From: Planctomycetaceae bacterium
GTDB taxonomy: Bacteria; Planctomycetota; Planctomycetia; Pirellulales; PALSA-1355
NCBI GenBank assembly: GCA_003153375.1
Contig: PLYM01000125.1
Span: forward strand, 14,788-78,787
DNA: 64,000 nucleotides
Direction: 5' to 3'
The position numbers and the translations under genes are program-made. This document shows, piece by piece, positions 9,288 through 19,552 of this stretch. The notes under the pieces are model-generated. The model ran no database searches. It worked only from the letters and a program-made list of their open reading frames with translations, and was not told where the DNA came from. Numbering within the stretch: position 1 is the first letter of the stretch; each line of letters starts with the position of its first letter.

Positions 9288-9615
9288 GCTACCTGCCAAG
9301 CGGGGCGGGATGTTCCGAGTGCGGCGCATCGTTCGTATCGGCCGGCAGGGTTCGGGGGCTTTAAGCGATCGGGCCAAAACCGCCGGGCACTGCCGCGTCA
9401 AAGCGCGTTTGAGCAAGCTGCGTCTCCTTGGCGAGGCCAAAGTCGCTGAATCTGTGTCTTTTCACCGCGGTACGCCGTTTTCGTCCCGGTAATGCGCTCC
9501 AAGGTGCTAGGATGAAGCGGCCGCCGCATGCCGCGCAGCGCTTGGAGTGCCTTGACCGGGGAAGCTCGATCACCAAGGCACGTTTACAGCCCCCTTGTTT
9601 TTTTGAGAGATGCAA

Positions 9616-9907
9616 CATGTCAGAACAAACCCAGATCGTGGTCGAAGGCTTTAATGCCGATGTTTGCGAGCCCGCCGAACTTCGTCATCGCGTGCTGAAC
9701 GGAGCTCCCAAGGATTTTGTTTTCGAAGTCACCAAGCTGGTCGACAGCAAAGCCAAGGTGGTCGTGTCCGACGACAAGTGGGCGATTGGCAAGATTGGCG
9801 AGATCGATTGCCAAATGCGCGGCGTCAAGGTCGCCGGAGCCAAGGCTCACGATCGAATCCGAGTGAGCATTCAGGAGATATCGAACGTCTCCCCACGGGC
9901 TCGGTAA
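9616..9907 (+). CDS. hypothetical small protein (97 aa)
   Basis: ATG at 9616 (MSEQTQIVVEGFNADV...). The composition is balanced and a strong hairpin terminator lies 100 nt downstream. I recognise no family. Confidence 0.5.
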
Positions 9908-10007
9908 CGCATCCCGTGCCCGAACCGTTTTCTGCCGCTCCCTGCCCGCGGCGCGAGTCGTCGTGCAACGCCACGGTTACCTGTGACGAAGTGGGCCAAA
10001 GAGCATC

Positions 10008-10058
10008 GAGGGTCAGAACTTTTTGAGTGGCTCATCGTTCTGACCCTCTTTCTAATTT
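10008..10058 (+). terminator. intrinsic-terminator-like hairpin
   Basis: A perfect 12-bp stem, GAGGGTCAGAAC (10008..10019) pairing with GTTCTGACCCTC (10037..10048), is followed by the T-rich TTTCTAATTT. Confidence 0.6.
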
Positions 10059-10353
10059 GCTAAAACCACGTGGCCCGCTCAGGGCCGCCGTCCCGCGGCA
10101 GGCAGTGCCTTGGGTTGAGCGAGTGTTTCGACGATCGTGGCCACGAATCCTCCCGCGCGAGTTGTCTTCGGTCTTCCGGCCGCGCTCGCTACCCGGCGGT
10201 TGGGGTCGGCCGCTCGGCGCACCATTGCCGCCATGCGCCGCGGAGGACTTGGACAAGGTGGTCAGCAAACCGCTTCCCATCGCACAGTGGCGAGGCGGCC
10301 ATGCGTTACCGCAATCCGCCGCGGAGCGCGGCCAATCGCGGCAGGTCCGCGGC

Positions 10354-12208
10354 CTAGGCAGCCGCCAGCTCGACGTACGTCTCCAGATCGCCGGCGATCG
10401 TCTCGGTCAACCCAACATTCGACAGATGACTGAACGAGTGCCGGCTGGCAAACGTCTCGCCGGGACAGGTGATCACGGGCACGCCCATCCACAGTGACTC
10501 GCACGTGGTCAAACCGCCGCCATAGGGAAACGGATCGAGTCCAATGTCGACGCGGCCGTATTCGGCGAGCAATTCTCTGTGCTCTGACGAGCCCTGGAAT
10601 TCCAGGCTCGAAGGGGCCACTCCGTGCTCGGCAAACTTCGCGGTGAGGCGGCCGACGACCGACGAGTCATTCATGCCCAGGCTCTTCAATAGCAGCCGCG
10701 ATCCGCTGACACGCTTAAGGACCTTGGCCCAAAGCGCCACGACGTCAGGCGTGATCTTGCCCACGTTGTTGAAGCTACCGAACGTGACGTGGCCTTGCGC
10801 GAGCGCGGGCAGCGGCGAAACGGGCGGGGCATCGTGGGGCGGGTCGTAGCAGACGTAACCGTCGGGCATCCGCAAGATCCGCTCGCGATACAGCGGCTCG
10901 GCGGAGACGGGAACTTCGTAGCGGTCGGCCAACAAGTAGTCCAGCGCGGCCAGGCCCGTGGTGCCGACGTAGCCGGCCCAGGTAATCGCCAGCGGAGCCG
11001 GCTTGCGAGCAAACGTCAGCAGCCGGTGGCCACCGGTGTGGCCGCTCAGGTCGAACAGGATGTCGATCTGGTCGTCGCGAATCTGTGCGGCCAACTGCTC
11101 GTGGCTCAGGCTGGAAACATGCCGCCAATGGGCGGCGGCGGCGCGGAGGCGATCGGTCCGGTCGTCCGGAGCACCGCGGTTCGAGTAACAGGTCGTTTCC
11201 ACCTGGCCGCGATCGAGGTTTTCCAAGACGCGGACGAGAAAGTAACCGATGGGGTGAATTCCGAAGTCGGCCGATACGAAACCGACTCGCAAGGTTCGCT
11301 CCGGGTCGGGCGTGTTACGATGCGCCTGCCAAGTGGCCCGCAAGGGGAGCCGCGTGGCGCTCGTCGAATTCGCGATGGGTCGCTGCCAATTGGGCCAGGG
11401 TCACGCCAGGGTGATATTGCAGCGTCAACAGGTAGCTGCTGTGGGCCGCTACATGCTGGGGGTTGATTTCGAGCGCCTTTTGAAAACTGGCCAGCGCTTC
11501 GTCGACGTTTCCCAAATTTCGCAGGGCGATGCCCCGGCTGTGCTGGCCGTCGGCAAAATCGGGCTGCAACTCCGCGGCTCGCAGAAAGCAGACGGCCGCA
11601 GCTCCCGGTTTTCCTTGCCGCTCTAAAATGACGCCCAGGTTCCTGTAAGGCTCCGCGTAGTCGGGCTTCAATTCGGTTGCGCGCTGATAGCAGGCCACGG
11701 CCTGGTCCCAATCGAAGAGCGTTCCCATGAGCGTGCCGAGATTGTTATGCGCCTCGGCAAAGTCCGGCTTCAACTCCAGCGCCCGACGGTAGCAGGCGAT
11801 GGCTTCGTTTAACTTGCCCTGCACGGCCAGTTGATTGCCCAGCGTGGCTTCCTGATTCGCCCGAGCACCCAACACGGGTCGCAGATTGTTGGCGACTTCG
11901 ACCGAGTCGGGCCTGTGCCGCAATACCTGCTGAAAACAGGCGATCGACTCATCGAGCTGGCCCTACTGGCTGCCGAGGTGATTTTGCGCGTCGGTCAGTT
12001 CGGGGCGCAGCCGGATCGACTGCTCGAGATGAACGATCGCGTCGTTGATTTGCCCCAGGAGGTGCAGCACCGCACCCAGCAAATAATGAGCCTCGAAATG
12101 GGTCGGATCCGCTTGTAGCACCCACTGATATAGCGGGAATGCGGTCGCCAGTTGACCGGCGCGGTGCTGTGTCTTGGCTTCTTCCAGGACCTCGGAAACG
12201 GGCGGCAC
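10354..12208 (-). pseudogene. TPR-repeat / SPY-type (GT41, O-GlcNAc-transferase-like) glycosyltransferase, disrupted
   Basis: Three ORF fragments (11963..12208, 11315..11923, 10354..11343) read as one protein. An in-frame TAG at 11963..11965 sits inside a TPR (..NHLGSQ*GQLDESIACFQQVL..). A one-base frame change at about 11341..11346 falls between ..ERHAAPL and RATWQAHRNTPDPERTLRVGFVSADFG. Confidence 0.75.
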
Positions 12209-12609
12209 GAATATTCTCGCTCAAGCTGCCTTTCGGATGCGGCGGATCCTAGCGGATCGCCGGGGTCACGCGGACTGATCCTCGCACCAGCGACGCCAGA
12301 CGCCGCGCACTCCGTCCAATCGATTGTCCGCGAACCACGGCCCGTCGCAAAGGGGTGAGGCCGCCATCTGCTGGAGCAAACGATCGCTCCGGTCGGCGAG
12401 CCCAGCCGATTCTCTTGCAAAGATTGCTTGGGTTCGTGGTTGTGGAGATCTGGCCGGAAGACTAGCACCACGCTATTCAGGCACTACCGTTCCATGACCC
12501 CGCTTGATTTGGCGGGCGAATTGGACAAAAATGCGGGCTTGGCGGGGCGGGGCTCGGTTGGGACTGTGGGTGGGCGTGGGCTTCAGGGCTTCTGGCAAGC
12601 GGAACTACG

Positions 12610-13269
12610 ATGTTTGATCAGATTGAGAAGTTAAAGCAGGACCTCACGGACCAGTACGTGGTGGTCAACACCGGGGTGCCGGAGCTGAAGCGGTTCGACG
12701 GCTATGTGGGCCAGGTCAAGACGGTCAACATGAACGGTCGGGCCTTGGTGCAGTTCGAAGCCTGGGCCAATATCGGCTGGTACGACATCGACGTCGATTA
12801 TCTCAAGGTGGTGCCCAAGCCCGAGGCCGGCGCTGCGGAAAAGAAACACGAAAAGCCCGCGCCGGCCGCCAAGGCCGCCAAGCCGGCCGCGACCGGCGAG
12901 AAGAAACTTTCGCCGCTGGAGATGGCCCGCATGCAAGGTGCCGCCGGCGCTGCGAAACCGGCTGCCGGCGCAGCCAAGCCCGCCGCCGCCAAACCGGCTG
13001 CCAAACCCGGGACACCGGCCGCCGGTGGCAAGAAGTCGACCGCCGAGATCCTGGCGGCCGCTCGCGCCAAGGCCGCTCCGGCCGCCGCGCCTGCCGAGGA
13101 GTCGGCCGCTGAAGAGCCGGTTGCCCAAGAAGCTGTCGAGGAAGTCGCGCCGGCCCCGGCTGCTGTCGTGGCGAAACCCAAGGCCGCGGCGAGGCCGGCC
13201 TTTACGCCGGGCCAGCGCCCCAGCGTGCCTGAGATTCTCGCTTGGTGCCGCGAGCACGACACGAAGTAA
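12610..13269 (+). CDS. hypothetical protein with globular N-domain and Ala/Pro/Lys-rich tail
   Basis: It has a clean ATG and an N-terminal domain of about 70 aa (MFDQIEKLKQDLTDQYVVVNTG...), followed by AAKPAA-type low complexity. Mirror-frame ORFs on both strands are artefacts of that low complexity. Confidence 0.7.
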   Translation: MFDQIEKLKQDLTDQYVVVNTGVPELKRFDGYVGQVKTVNMNGRALVQFEAWANIGWYDIDVDYLKVVPKPEAGAAEKKHEKPAPAAKAAKPAATGEKKLSPLEMARMQGAAGAAKPAAGAAKPAAAKPAAKPGTPAAGGKKSTAEILAAARAKAAPAAAPAEESAAEEPVAQEAVEEVAPAPAAVVAKPKAAARPAFTPGQRPSVPEILAWCREHDTK

Positions 13270-13378
13270 GATCGGCGCGGCTGGGGCTGCCCGTCGCTCA
13301 AACCAGTCGGCCCCTCGGTCGTCCGAATCGTCAGCGATGGCACACGGAATGTGCCGCGAACGACCGGCTGCCAGCCCG

Positions 13379-15118
13379 TCAGGGCGCCGGCTCGGCCGCC
13401 TTGGCCTTCTTGAAGTTTTCCCACCAGCGGCGAATGTCCTGGCGGTCTTTGTCCGAGACGTAGCGGTAGCCGATGAATCGCGAGGCCCCGAAGTTGGCCT
13501 CGGCCGTCATCTCAAGACCGAACGATTGCATCGATGCGCCGTGCCGATCGAGCAGCACGGCCGCGGCCGTGGCGCCCAGCACCGGACGCGGGTCGATGCT
13601 GACGGCCAGCGGCGTGGTCTCGTCGAGCAGGCTGGCCAGCCAGGTGTCGACTTCGGGCCACGGATCGCGCTGGGCAATCGACAAGGCCGCGATCCAGGCA
13701 ATTTGAAACGGATTCTCGGACGTCTGCTCGCCCAGCCGGCCGCAGCGGGCGAGCTGCTCGAGCGCCGGCACCGCCTCGCGGGTACCAAACCGGGTCAGGG
13801 GATAGCAGATCGCGGCGTGCAGCGTGGGCAGCCGGCCCAACTCGCTGGCGGTGCTGAACAGCCGCTGATTGGGCACGCCCTGAAAATAGGGACCGACGAA
13901 CCGCGAGACGACTTGCGGATCGAGCTGGCTCAGCACCAGCACCTGGCCCTCGTCCAGCGGACGCTTTTGGGCCAGATAGTAGTCAACCGTCCGCTGGCTG
14001 AGCTCGCGCAGCCGCGTCGCGTCGTCGCGCTCCACGTCATATTGATAGCGCAGCCGCAGCCGCGGGGTCGGCAAATTGGTCAGGTGGAACATCACCTCTT
14101 GGGGGATGGGATGTGGCACGGCGATGCGCACCGGATAATCGCCTTCATTCAGCGAAGCGCCCGAGACGCAATGGGCCGTTTGATCATCGATGCGGTCGAA
14201 ATGCGTCGGCCGCGGGCTGCGCTCGTTGAATTGCGGCACGCCAATCAACAGGTATTGCACGGTGCCGTTGATGCGATTCGACCAGACCTCGGCGGCCATC
14301 GCGGGCCGGGCGAAATCGGCCAGGTTTTGTAGCGTCGTGCTGCTGGCCGCGTCGGGAGCCGCGGCAATCCGCTGGGCAAGTATCTCGAGCACGCGCGGAC
14401 GGACCTCGTCGCGGCAAATCGCGTCGAGCAACTCGCGATCGGCCGCTTCACGGCGCGTGCGCTCCGCCGGCTCCGCGTCATCGAGCTTCGTGAGGTCGTC
14501 GACCCAGGCCGTGATTTGATCGTTGGTCACCTCCGGCAGCTGGACGCGGGCCGGGCCGGCGGCCAGCCAAGCCCGACGGGCTTGATCGAGCAACGGCTCG
14601 AGCGCATAACGCCCTTCGGCAGCTAGCTGGCGACTGGCCACGCGCCGCTTCAGCTCGACATAGACCGGGGCGATCAACTCGACGTCACTGAGCATCGACT
14701 GGATGCGCCGCCGCGCGCTATCGCGCTGGCTCGACGTATTGCTGTTCAATTGATCGAGCAGCGGGCCCAAATCGGCCGCCCGGGGGCGCGGCTCGTCGGT
14801 CGAGGGCGCGGCAGGCTTGAGCGGTCGGGCCAGGCTTTCAAGTTGCGAGCGGACTTCAAACGAGGTCTCGGAGGCCAGCAGCGTGCGGGCAAATTCCTCG
14901 GACAGAAACTCGGCCAGGGCCGGCTCGGAAACTCGGCGAGTCAACTGGTCGGCAGCTTTGCTGCGCGTGGCAAAATCTTCGGAGTCGAGTTGTTTGATCG
15001 CGGCCCGCACCTCCTGGGCAACGGCCGGGTCGACGCTAGCTGCCTCGCCCGCCATGGAGGTGTTCAAGACTGCGGGGCACGCGGCCATGGCGATGGTCAG
15101 GGTTCCGAGTGCCAGCAT
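13379..15118 (-). CDS. secreted hypothetical protein (helical-repeat-like)
   Basis: The internal ATG at 15118 gives a signal-peptide-like MLALGTLTIAMAACPAVLNTSMAGEA. The 200 codons upstream in the track ORF are R/P-rich and implausible. I recognise no family. Confidence 0.65.
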   Translation of the reverse strand: MLALGTLTIAMAACPAVLNTSMAGEAASVDPAVAQEVRAAIKQLDSEDFATRSKAADQLTRRVSEPALAEFLSEEFARTLLASETSFEVRSQLESLARPLKPAAPSTDEPRPRAADLGPLLDQLNSNTSSQRDSARRRIQSMLSDVELIAPVYVELKRRVASRQLAAEGRYALEPLLDQARRAWLAAGPARVQLPEVTNDQITAWVDDLTKLDDAEPAERTRREAADRELLDAICRDEVRPRVLEILAQRIAAAPDAASSTTLQNLADFARPAMAAEVWSNRINGTVQYLLIGVPQFNERSPRPTHFDRIDDQTAHCVSGASLNEGDYPVRIAVPHPIPQEVMFHLTNLPTPRLRLRYQYDVERDDATRLRELSQRTVDYYLAQKRPLDEGQVLVLSQLDPQVVSRFVGPYFQGVPNQRLFSTASELGRLPTLHAAICYPLTRFGTREAVPALEQLARCGRLGEQTSENPFQIAWIAALSIAQRDPWPEVDTWLASLLDETTPLAVSIDPRPVLGATAAAVLLDRHGASMQSFGLEMTAEANFGASRFIGYRYVSDKDRQDIRRWWENFKKAKAAEPAP

Positions 15119-15411
15119 CCGGGAGCCGAACCGGGCGCTCCCGGTCGGGCTAGACCGGTTCGCTCTGGCAGCAAGGGTGGACGGGTCCAAATGCACGTTC
15201 GCTGGTTCTCCGCGGCAAATCCCATCATAAGCCAAGCCCCGGCCGATTCCAATGTCGCGACAGGGCAGGGGACCGCGGGTTCCGGTTGTCCTGCCAAAAC
15301 AGGCGTGGCCTGGCGGCGAAACGTCCGCCAGCGCGAGAATCGATCTGGGTTCGCCAGGGAGTCTTGCGATAGACTCCCGCCTCCTCGCCCCCCGCTTTCC
15401 AGGAGCCTGCC

Positions 15412-16995
15412 ATGACGACCGCGCTCGTGTTGCTGCTGTTGTGTGCGCCGCCGGAGGCGCCAATCGATACGCTCGTCGTCTGTCCGGCGGAATTTCGCCA
15501 GGCCCTGGAGCCGTGGCTGGTCCATCGCCGCGCGGCGGGCCACGGGATCGCGGTGATCTCGAATTTGAAATCGGCCGATGCACTGCGCGATGAGGTGCGC
15601 GAGACGGCCAAGGCCGGATCGCTGCACTACCTGGTGCTGGTCGGCGACGCCGATCCGGCCATGGCGACGAACCAAACGCTCCGCGCGCGCTGCGTGCCCA
15701 CGCACTATGTGCCGGCAAAAGTGAACGTGCAGTACGGCTCGGAGCCGGAAATCGCCACCGACAATTGGTACGCCGATCTGGATGACGATCGCGTGCCCGA
15801 GCTGGCCGTGGGGCGACTCCCCTGCGATTCGGCCGCGGATCTCAGCCACCTGGTGCAACGAATCGTCGACTATGAAACGTCGCGCGATTTTGGGCCCTGG
15901 CGCCGGCAGGTCCATTTCGTGGCCGGGCTGGGCGGCTTTGGGGCGATGGCCGACGCGGTGCTCGAGGCGGCCGCCAAGTCATTGATCGGCGATGGCATCC
16001 CCTCGGCCTATGCGACGACGATGACCTATGGCAGTTGGCAGAGTCCCTACTGCCCCGACCCGCGGCAGTTCCAGCAGGTGACGATCGAGCGGTTCAACGA
16101 GGGCAGCTTGTTTTGGGTCTATATGGGCCACGGCGAATTGCGGGCGGTCGATCGGGTCCGCACACCGGGCGAGACGTTTCCGATTCTCTCCACGAATGAG
16201 ACGAATCAACTTGCCTGTCAGCATGCGGCTCCGATTGCCTGCTTCCTGGCCTGTTATGCCGGCGGTTTCGATGCCCGACGCGACTGCCTGGCCGAGGAAA
16301 TGCTGCGCGCTTCCGGCGGTCCGGTGGCCGTGCTCTGCGGAACTCGCGTGACGATGCCCTATGCGATGAGCGTGATGGGCTCGGAGCTGCTGCGGGCTTG
16401 TTTCGTTGAGCATGCCGAAACCTTGGGCGATGCCATGCTCTCGGCCAAGCGGCGGATGATCCACTCCGACGACCCGACTCGGCTGCGGCAATCGCTCGAT
16501 CGGGCGGCACGGGCGCTGAGCCCCAACGCGGCTCAGCTCGAGGCCGAACGGGCCGAACACGTCGATTTGTTCAATTTGCTCGGCGATCCGCTGTTGCGAT
16601 TGCCCCAGGCCTTGCCGGTGGCCGTGGACGTGGCCTCGACCGCCGCGCCGGGAGACGAGATTTCGATTTCGATCGACTCGCCGCTGGCCGGCGACGGCAC
16701 CGTCGAGCTCGTGGCACGCCGCGACCGGCTGACGTTCCATCCCCCGCGGCGCCGCTCGTTCGAAGGCACCTCGAGCGCGGACTACATGGACACTTATCGC
16801 CGCGCGAATGAGCCGCGTTGGGTGACGACGCAAATGAAAGTGGAGCGAGGGGCCACCGTGGCTCGACTCGCCGTGCCGGCCGAGGCTCGCGGACCGTGTC
16901 ATGTGCGGGTGTTCGTCAGCGGCGACGACAACTGCGCTGTCGGCGCGGCCGACCTACGAATCGATCCGGCAACCACGACGGCTGCGCGGCCCTAG
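15412..16995 (+). CDS. peptidase C25 (gingipain)-family protein
   Basis: It has a hydrophobic N-terminus. FWVYMGHGE supplies the candidate catalytic His and IACFLACYAGGFD the candidate catalytic Cys, in the order and spacing typical of clan CD C25 peptidases (from recollection). Confidence 0.65.
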   Translation: MTTALVLLLLCAPPEAPIDTLVVCPAEFRQALEPWLVHRRAAGHGIAVISNLKSADALRDEVRETAKAGSLHYLVLVGDADPAMATNQTLRARCVPTHYVPAKVNVQYGSEPEIATDNWYADLDDDRVPELAVGRLPCDSAADLSHLVQRIVDYETSRDFGPWRRQVHFVAGLGGFGAMADAVLEAAAKSLIGDGIPSAYATTMTYGSWQSPYCPDPRQFQQVTIERFNEGSLFWVYMGHGELRAVDRVRTPGETFPILSTNETNQLACQHAAPIACFLACYAGGFDARRDCLAEEMLRASGGPVAVLCGTRVTMPYAMSVMGSELLRACFVEHAETLGDAMLSAKRRMIHSDDPTRLRQSLDRAARALSPNAAQLEAERAEHVDLFNLLGDPLLRLPQALPVAVDVASTAAPGDEISISIDSPLAGDGTVELVARRDRLTFHPPRRRSFEGTSSADYMDTYRRANEPRWVTTQMKVERGATVARLAVPAEARGPCHVRVFVSGDDNCAVGAADLRIDPATTTAARP

Positions 16996-17018
16996 CGCTC
17001 TGGGGCTAAGAACGGAGC

Positions 17019-18782
17019 CTAAGGGCTCGCCGGATTCACCACGTGGGCCGCCGTGTACCAGCCGATCAGCATCTCGTCCCACGTCTGCTCGCCAAAGCGA
17101 ACCTGCATGGCAGGGTTCGGGTTGCTGAGATTTTCGGTCGAGTTGTCGAACGTGGCGTAACAACGCAGGCGGGTACCCTTGGGCATCAGCTTGGGCTCGG
17201 CCAGTTTGTAGGTGATCTGCCAGTTGAAGTCGTAGCGCGGCACGTCGAGCAGCACTTCCTTCTTGCCGTCCGGATAGACCGCTTCGTAGCGGAACGCTTT
17301 GCCCCGCAGGTGCATGTGGGGCGTCATCGTCAGCAGCAGCCGGTCGTCCTTGAACACGTAGTCGGCGCGAAACTTCTGATCGGCCAGCTGGGGCTTGATC
17401 GACAACAGCACGTTGATGGCCATGCCGCATTCGACTTCCTGCTTGACCTCCTCGGCGCGGCAGAACTTGAGACCCAGCGAGCTGAGATCCTCTTCGACGC
17501 GACCATTTGCCGTGTAGTGAACCTGCATCACGATCTGGCTGCCCTTGCGCAGCAACGTGGCCTGCCCCTTCGGCAGCGGGTGTGGCGGCACTCCGGGAGC
17601 GAAGGCCGCGATCAAGTGGCCTTTGACGAATTGTTCCTGGAACGTGCTGCCGGGCGGAACGGCGAACACCAGGATGTGGTGTACGACCGAACGGTTGCCC
17701 GGCCGCGATTCGCTGGCCGTCATCCACATGTCTTCGGTAAAGCCCGGATCGACCGTGTAATGCTGGTAGGGAATAGCGCCGGTGGGGGCGACGCTGTAGG
17801 GCTTGTCGGCCATTTTCAGGACCAGGTCGGGCTTGCCGATCTGCCAGTCGGAGCTGAACGTGACCGGTGGCGGCGCTTTGGCCGGGTCGCCTTCGGCGCA
17901 CCCCTGCTCGACCCATGAGAGCAGCGTGTTGCGTTCCTGTTCCGAGAGTTGCGAGCTGTTGGAAAAGTGGCCGAACTCGGGATTGGCGAACCAGGGGGGC
18001 ATGCGGCGCTCGCTGACCACTTCGGCAATCATCTCGGCCCAGGGGCGGGCGTCCTCATAGGTCATCAGCGGAAACGGCGCGATCTCGCCGGAACGGTGGC
18101 ATTCGACACAGCGATTCTGCAAGATCGACGCCACGTGCTCCGAGTAGTTGACCGTAGCCTTGCCGGCTGCGGGGCGCTCGGTGCGACCAATGATGCAACC
18201 GACCGGTTTGGTCTGGGGCGTGGAGACGCTCTTGCCGGCGAGCAACTCGTCGACGGCAACCGACAGGTCTTCACGCGTCGGTTGCGGGCGCTGATAGCCA
18301 ACGCCGAACTGGTCGTCGATGCGGCCCGCATAGCGAACCATGTGTTGGGCGTCGAGCACGAACGCTTGCGGCGTGCGCGTGGCGCCAAAGGATTGGGCCA
18401 CGGCGCCGTCGGGATCCATCAACACCGGAAAGGCCACGTCATGCCGACGCACGAAGGCCGCCGTCTCGGTGAGCGTGTCTTGAACGTTGGAATCAATCGC
18501 CACCAGGGCCACGCCTTGCTTGGCCAGCCGGGCGTGCAGATCGTTTAACCGGGGGATATACAGTTTTACCAGCGGGCACTCGGTGCCCAGAAACACGGCC
18601 ACCACGGCTTTGCGGTCGCCGAACTCGGCCAGCGAGACGGGCTTGCCCAGCACGTCGCGCAGCTGGAACTCTTTGATTTTGCGGGCCGCGGTTTCCGCCG
18701 GTTGGTCGGCGGCACGCAAGGCGGTGGGCAACAGCAAGACGAGTGTCAGCAGGGCACACACGTGGTTGAGACGTCGGGGCAT
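17019..18782 (-). CDS. redoxin (thioredoxin-fold) / CXXCH / copper type II monooxygenase-like fusion protein
   Basis: The start MPRRLNHVCALLTLVLLLPTALRA looks like a signal peptide. The AhpC/TSA-like block is AVVAVFLGTECPLV, and the heme-c motif is CVECH. The PHM/DBH-like Cu ligand pattern is VVHHILVF ... TPHMHLRG ... WDEMLIGW. Confidence 0.75.
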   Translation of the reverse strand: MPRRLNHVCALLTLVLLLPTALRAADQPAETAARKIKEFQLRDVLGKPVSLAEFGDRKAVVAVFLGTECPLVKLYIPRLNDLHARLAKQGVALVAIDSNVQDTLTETAAFVRRHDVAFPVLMDPDGAVAQSFGATRTPQAFVLDAQHMVRYAGRIDDQFGVGYQRPQPTREDLSVAVDELLAGKSVSTPQTKPVGCIIGRTERPAAGKATVNYSEHVASILQNRCVECHRSGEIAPFPLMTYEDARPWAEMIAEVVSERRMPPWFANPEFGHFSNSSQLSEQERNTLLSWVEQGCAEGDPAKAPPPVTFSSDWQIGKPDLVLKMADKPYSVAPTGAIPYQHYTVDPGFTEDMWMTASESRPGNRSVVHHILVFAVPPGSTFQEQFVKGHLIAAFAPGVPPHPLPKGQATLLRKGSQIVMQVHYTANGRVEEDLSSLGLKFCRAEEVKQEVECGMAINVLLSIKPQLADQKFRADYVFKDDRLLLTMTPHMHLRGKAFRYEAVYPDGKKEVLLDVPRYDFNWQITYKLAEPKLMPKGTRLRCYATFDNSTENLSNPNPAMQVRFGEQTWDEMLIGWYTAAHVVNPASP

Positions 18783-18820
18783 GGGAACTCCTTCCACGAT
18801 GGAATCAACGAGTGGGGTTT

Positions 18821-19534
18821 TTAATATTGGGATTCGTTTGGGGACGGACTGCTCGCGGGTTGGCCCCGGACCACGCGGCTTGGTTTCGTGCCGCGAGAAG
18901 GTTCGAGGCCCATGTAGGCCACGAGCATGTGAATCAATTCTTCGGTGGCGATGTCCGTCGTCGGGGCGTCGATCTCGTGCATTTGAATCTTCAGGGCCAT
19001 GGTCGAAAACACGATCCATAGCCCGCAGGCTACGGCCAGGTCGGGATCGGGGTGCGAAACTTCATCGCGGCGCAGGCGAACCAGTTCTTGCACTCGCAGG
19101 ACAATGTGCTTTCCCAATTGATCCCAGGTTTCACGGAACCGCACATCCTGGCTGGCACGTTCCAGCAACACGCGCATCAGGCCCTGCTCGCGGCGATAGC
19201 CGGCCACGATCATCGGCAGCACTTCGGCCAGGATATCGGCCAGCGGACAGCCCTGCCAGTTTTCGGGAGCCAGTAGCCTGTCGATCAATTCGACGCGGGC
19301 CTGGCGATGTCGCTCGTAGAGGCAGCCGAGCAGGGCGTCCTTGTCTGGGAAACGCGTATAAAACGCTCCGACCGACGAGTGTGCCTTGCGCACGATTTCG
19401 CCGACCGTGATGTCGGCAAAGCGGCGTTTGGCCATCAAGGCTTCGGTGGCGTCGAGAATGCGTTCGTACGTTTGCTGGCTGCGCGCTTGGGCGGAAGGGT
19501 TCGCCCAGCGGACTTGCGAAAGGGTTTCGGCCAT
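18821..19534 (-). CDS. TetR/AcrR family transcriptional regulator
   Basis: The HTH is FADITVGEIVRKAHSSVGAFYTRFPDKDALL. The track start is TTG; the first ATG is at 19534 (MAETLSQ). Confidence 0.85.
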   Translation of the reverse strand: MAETLSQVRWANPSAQARSQQTYERILDATEALMAKRRFADITVGEIVRKAHSSVGAFYTRFPDKDALLGCLYERHRQARVELIDRLLAPENWQGCPLADILAEVLPMIVAGYRREQGLMRVLLERASQDVRFRETWDQLGKHIVLRVQELVRLRRDEVSHPDPDLAVACGLWIVFSTMALKIQMHEIDAPTTDIATEELIHMLVAYMGLEPSRGTKPSRVVRGQPASSPSPNESQY

Positions 19535-19552
19535 GACCAGCAATCTCCAGAT

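Noticed and set aside
15119-15718. 200-codon N-terminal extension of the 779-aa ORF. Similar upstream extensions occur in the track ORFs for nadA, dapL, the redoxin fusion, hemDE, glnA, tex and others.
   Set aside because: The extensions are R/P-rich and precede obvious signal peptides or canonical N-termini. Some would also overlap the divergent neighbour's promoter region.
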